DNA of 64,000 nucleotides from Schmidtea nova (Eukaryota): positions 81,592,001 to 81,656,000 of the forward strand of contig CM097883.1 of NCBI GenBank assembly GCA_044892505.1, in the 5' to 3' direction. Below the pieces are notes generated by a model that saw nothing but the letters and a program-made list of their open reading frames with translations, was not told the origin of the DNA and made no database searches. Position 1 is the first letter of the stretch. The number at the start of each line of letters is the position of its first letter. This document shows positions 62,243 through 64,000 of the stretch, in pieces. Position numbers and translations under genes: made by a program.

Positions 62243-62937
62243 TTCCGGGCTTTTTCTCCAAACGTTCTATGATAATAACATAGAGTATCCAGTGATTGTG
62301 AAGGTGATTTGAGTGTCTGGCTGTACTTCAGTGCTGCTATTTGGTCTTCAACATTGTTTATTTTCATTAGATTATGCATAGCTTTCTTTTGATCCATTAT
62401 GTTGTCCGCCATTTTTGCTATCTTCCAGATGTCTTCTTCGGACTGAAGGATCAGTGTATTTTGAATGTTTTCTGGTAACATTCTGAGGAATAGGTCCTTT
62501 AGCAGAACTAGAGATACAGTTCCATTACCGTATTTAAATAGATTAGAATGAATGTCCTGGAGTGCTTCTGAGGGAGTACGATCTCCTAAATAACGATCGT
62601 TTAGGAGACTTTGAAGTGATACGGGATTGTTTCTGTTGTAATCTTTCAGCATTGCTTCTTTTAGATCTGTATAGGGCAATTTGCTTTCTGTTTCAAGCAA
62701 GTGAAAGAATTTTCTTGCGATTGCTGTTGGGATTGCCATTACTAAGTGCTGAAATTGGCTTCTTTCTGACTTGATTTTAGAGAATGCAAAGGCAATTTCC
62801 AGCTGTTTGATCCATGTGGGAAAATCACTGTTGTATATCGGTAATTTGATTGAGTTGGCTTGAATTTCTAGATCTTCTACTGAAGATTCTGAGGCATTTC
62901 TGACACCATTGTTAAGTTTATCAAAAGAGATAGACAT
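62176..62937 (-). CDS. Gypsy Gag (253 aa)
   Basis: KLPIY...PTWIKQLEIAF N-terminus, LGDRTPS, C-terminal CYYHRTFGEKARKCQPPC Cys/His motif. Confidence 0.93.
   Translation of the reverse strand: MSISFDKLNNGVRNASESSVEDLEIQANSIKLPIYNSDFPTWIKQLEIAFAFSKIKSERSQFQHLVMAIPTAIARKFFHLLETESKLPYTDLKEAMLKDYNRNNPVSLQSLLNDRYLGDRTPSEALQDIHSNLFKYGNGTVSLVLLKDLFLRMLPENIQNTLILQSEEDIWKIAKMADNIMDQKKAMHNLMKINNVEDQIAALKYSQTLKSPSQSLDTLCYYHRTFGEKARKCQPPCSWEQKNQKQGNERRFQ
62194..62200 (-). promoter_or_regulatory. -1 ribosomal frameshift slippery site GGGAAAC
   Basis: G-GGA-AAC in the gag frame; a -1 shift gives GGG-AAA-C in the pol frame (AGKREK). Confidence 0.8.
62896..62908 (-). promoter_or_regulatory. Primer-binding site complementary to the tRNA-Leu 3' end
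   Basis: TGGTGTCAGAAAT, 1 nt from the 5' LTR; 12/13 match to the reverse complement of ACTTCTGACA-CCA. Confidence 0.88.
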
Positions 62938-63047
62938 AATTTGAATTTTTATTTATTACAATTATCTACTTATATAAACAAATTTTACTTGTTTATATAT
63001 ATTTTAAATAAGTTTGGAATTAATTAACAAAATGAGTTAATTAAATC

Positions 63048-63052
<5 letters not shown>
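62910..63052 (-). repeat. 5' LTR (143 bp)
   Basis: Identical by eye to 59055-59197. Confidence 0.96.

Positions 63053-63139
<87 letters not shown>
63053..63139. repeat. (TA)n microsatellite (others at 58794-58846 and 63492-63518)
   Basis: About 43 perfect TA units abutting the LTR. Confidence 0.98.
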
Positions 63140-63141
<2 letters not shown>

Positions 63142-63491
63142 TCGATTTATAAATTCGTTAAGTTAGAATAAGTAAAAATAAATTAAGTGAAGAAAAAATA
63201 ACACCAAAACCATGTTAACAAATGAACACATTTATAAATCTTAACTTAACTTACATTATTTTATTTTATTTATAAATGTGTTATAAGTGTTACCATTTTT
63301 CTAATTATTTTCTTTTTTCTTTTATGCCTTCACCGCCCTCTACAGCTAATCACCGCCCCCTGGTTTCCCACAGCGGAGGCGGTAGCTGATATGGCGTAGA
63401 TGATACTAATGAATGAAAAGGATGTTTTGATTTGCAACAATGGATTTATAATTATTTCTTGATTTTAGTAAGGGTATTTTATAAAATAGTA

Positions 63492-63523
<32 letters not shown>

Positions 63524-64000
63524 ATTTTGGAAATTTTATGAAATAAATATCGATTATGAAATTTATAATTTTTCTGCGTGAATTAGGATACATTTAAATT
63601 TAAAATTTTTCATAAAATTTTATTTTTAATAACAGGTTTTTACAAAAATATCTTCGATCGTATGTGAATTCTCCAAGCAAAGTGTACACAAATTTTTCGA
63701 GACACTCCACTTGGAAACTTCAAAAACTTGAATTAAAGATCAAATTTAACCGTTTTTTAGGAAAACCTTTCCGATCATAGTAAAGCTCAACTGAATAAAA
63801 TCAATTATCAACTATATAATCTAACATTTCTATTACATTTTGAGTTATAAGCTAAAAGATTTTTATGAATTTGATTTTCAAAATTACTTTGCGATTTCTT
63901 ACGTGATGAGGTGAAGAAGATGTTCAAGTGAGCGAAGGTAATTTACAAGATGAACGTGTAATTTCGATAACTTTTATTGTGTCAGAATCTCTGTGTAGTT

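Larger units (their letters stand above)
59055..63052 (-). mobile_element. Near-intact Ty3/Gypsy LTR retrotransposon (CsRn1-like gag), 3998 bp
   Basis: Identical 143-bp LTRs, PBS, PPT, gag and pol ORFs; ATATA flanks at the edge of (TA)n. Confidence 0.97.
55389..63393 (-). mobile_element. hAT-Buster (ZBED5/ZBED8-like) element hosting a solo LTR, a palindrome and a Gypsy element
   Basis: End CAGTGATTCCCAAAC with ACCGCCCCC subterminal motifs that recur at 63330-63362; TSD GTGTAGAT / GCGTAGAT. The right TIR is degenerate, so that boundary is tentative. Confidence 0.75.

Noticed and set aside
1-64000. CRISPR arrays, rRNA genes or prokaryotic operons
   Set aside because: No regularly spaced repeat-spacer array or rRNA-like sequence; the gene structures are spliceosomal and eukaryotic.

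Overview
AT-rich, transposon-dense eukaryotic DNA, most likely an invertebrate animal (standard genetic code, ~50-bp minimal introns, CCCTAA-like motifs); the taxon cannot be fixed from the sequence. Only two intact host genes are evident, both nuclear-export factors. RAE1 (+) has four exons and encodes 361 aa; its introns are 50 bp, 48 bp and ~26.4 kb, the last packed with nested transposons and containing a 151-N gap. A RANBP3-like gene (-) has two exons and encodes 366 aa. The rest is mostly mobile DNA: at least seven hAT elements with 8-bp TSDs (one SPIN/GTF2IRD2-like transposase is broken by a single stop), Tigger, Tc1/IS630, piggyBac and Ginger2-like remnants, three solo LTRs with exact TSDs, a Penelope GIY-YIG tail, and a very young 4.0-kb Gypsy element with identical 143-bp LTRs. 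Less routine observations: two Penelope-type minimal hammerhead ribozyme motifs (one inside a 123-bp fold-back palindrome, with a U3-A8 core covariation); a tRNA-Leu 3' half carried inside a hAT element and matching the Gypsy primer-binding site; a solo-LTR-like insert with an unknown ORF; a REX4/ISG20-like exonuclease pseudogene split by a solo LTR; and a patch of decayed host-gene pieces (PP2C N-terminus, ankyrin-RING, Cys-rich). All assignments are by eye; no database searches were run.
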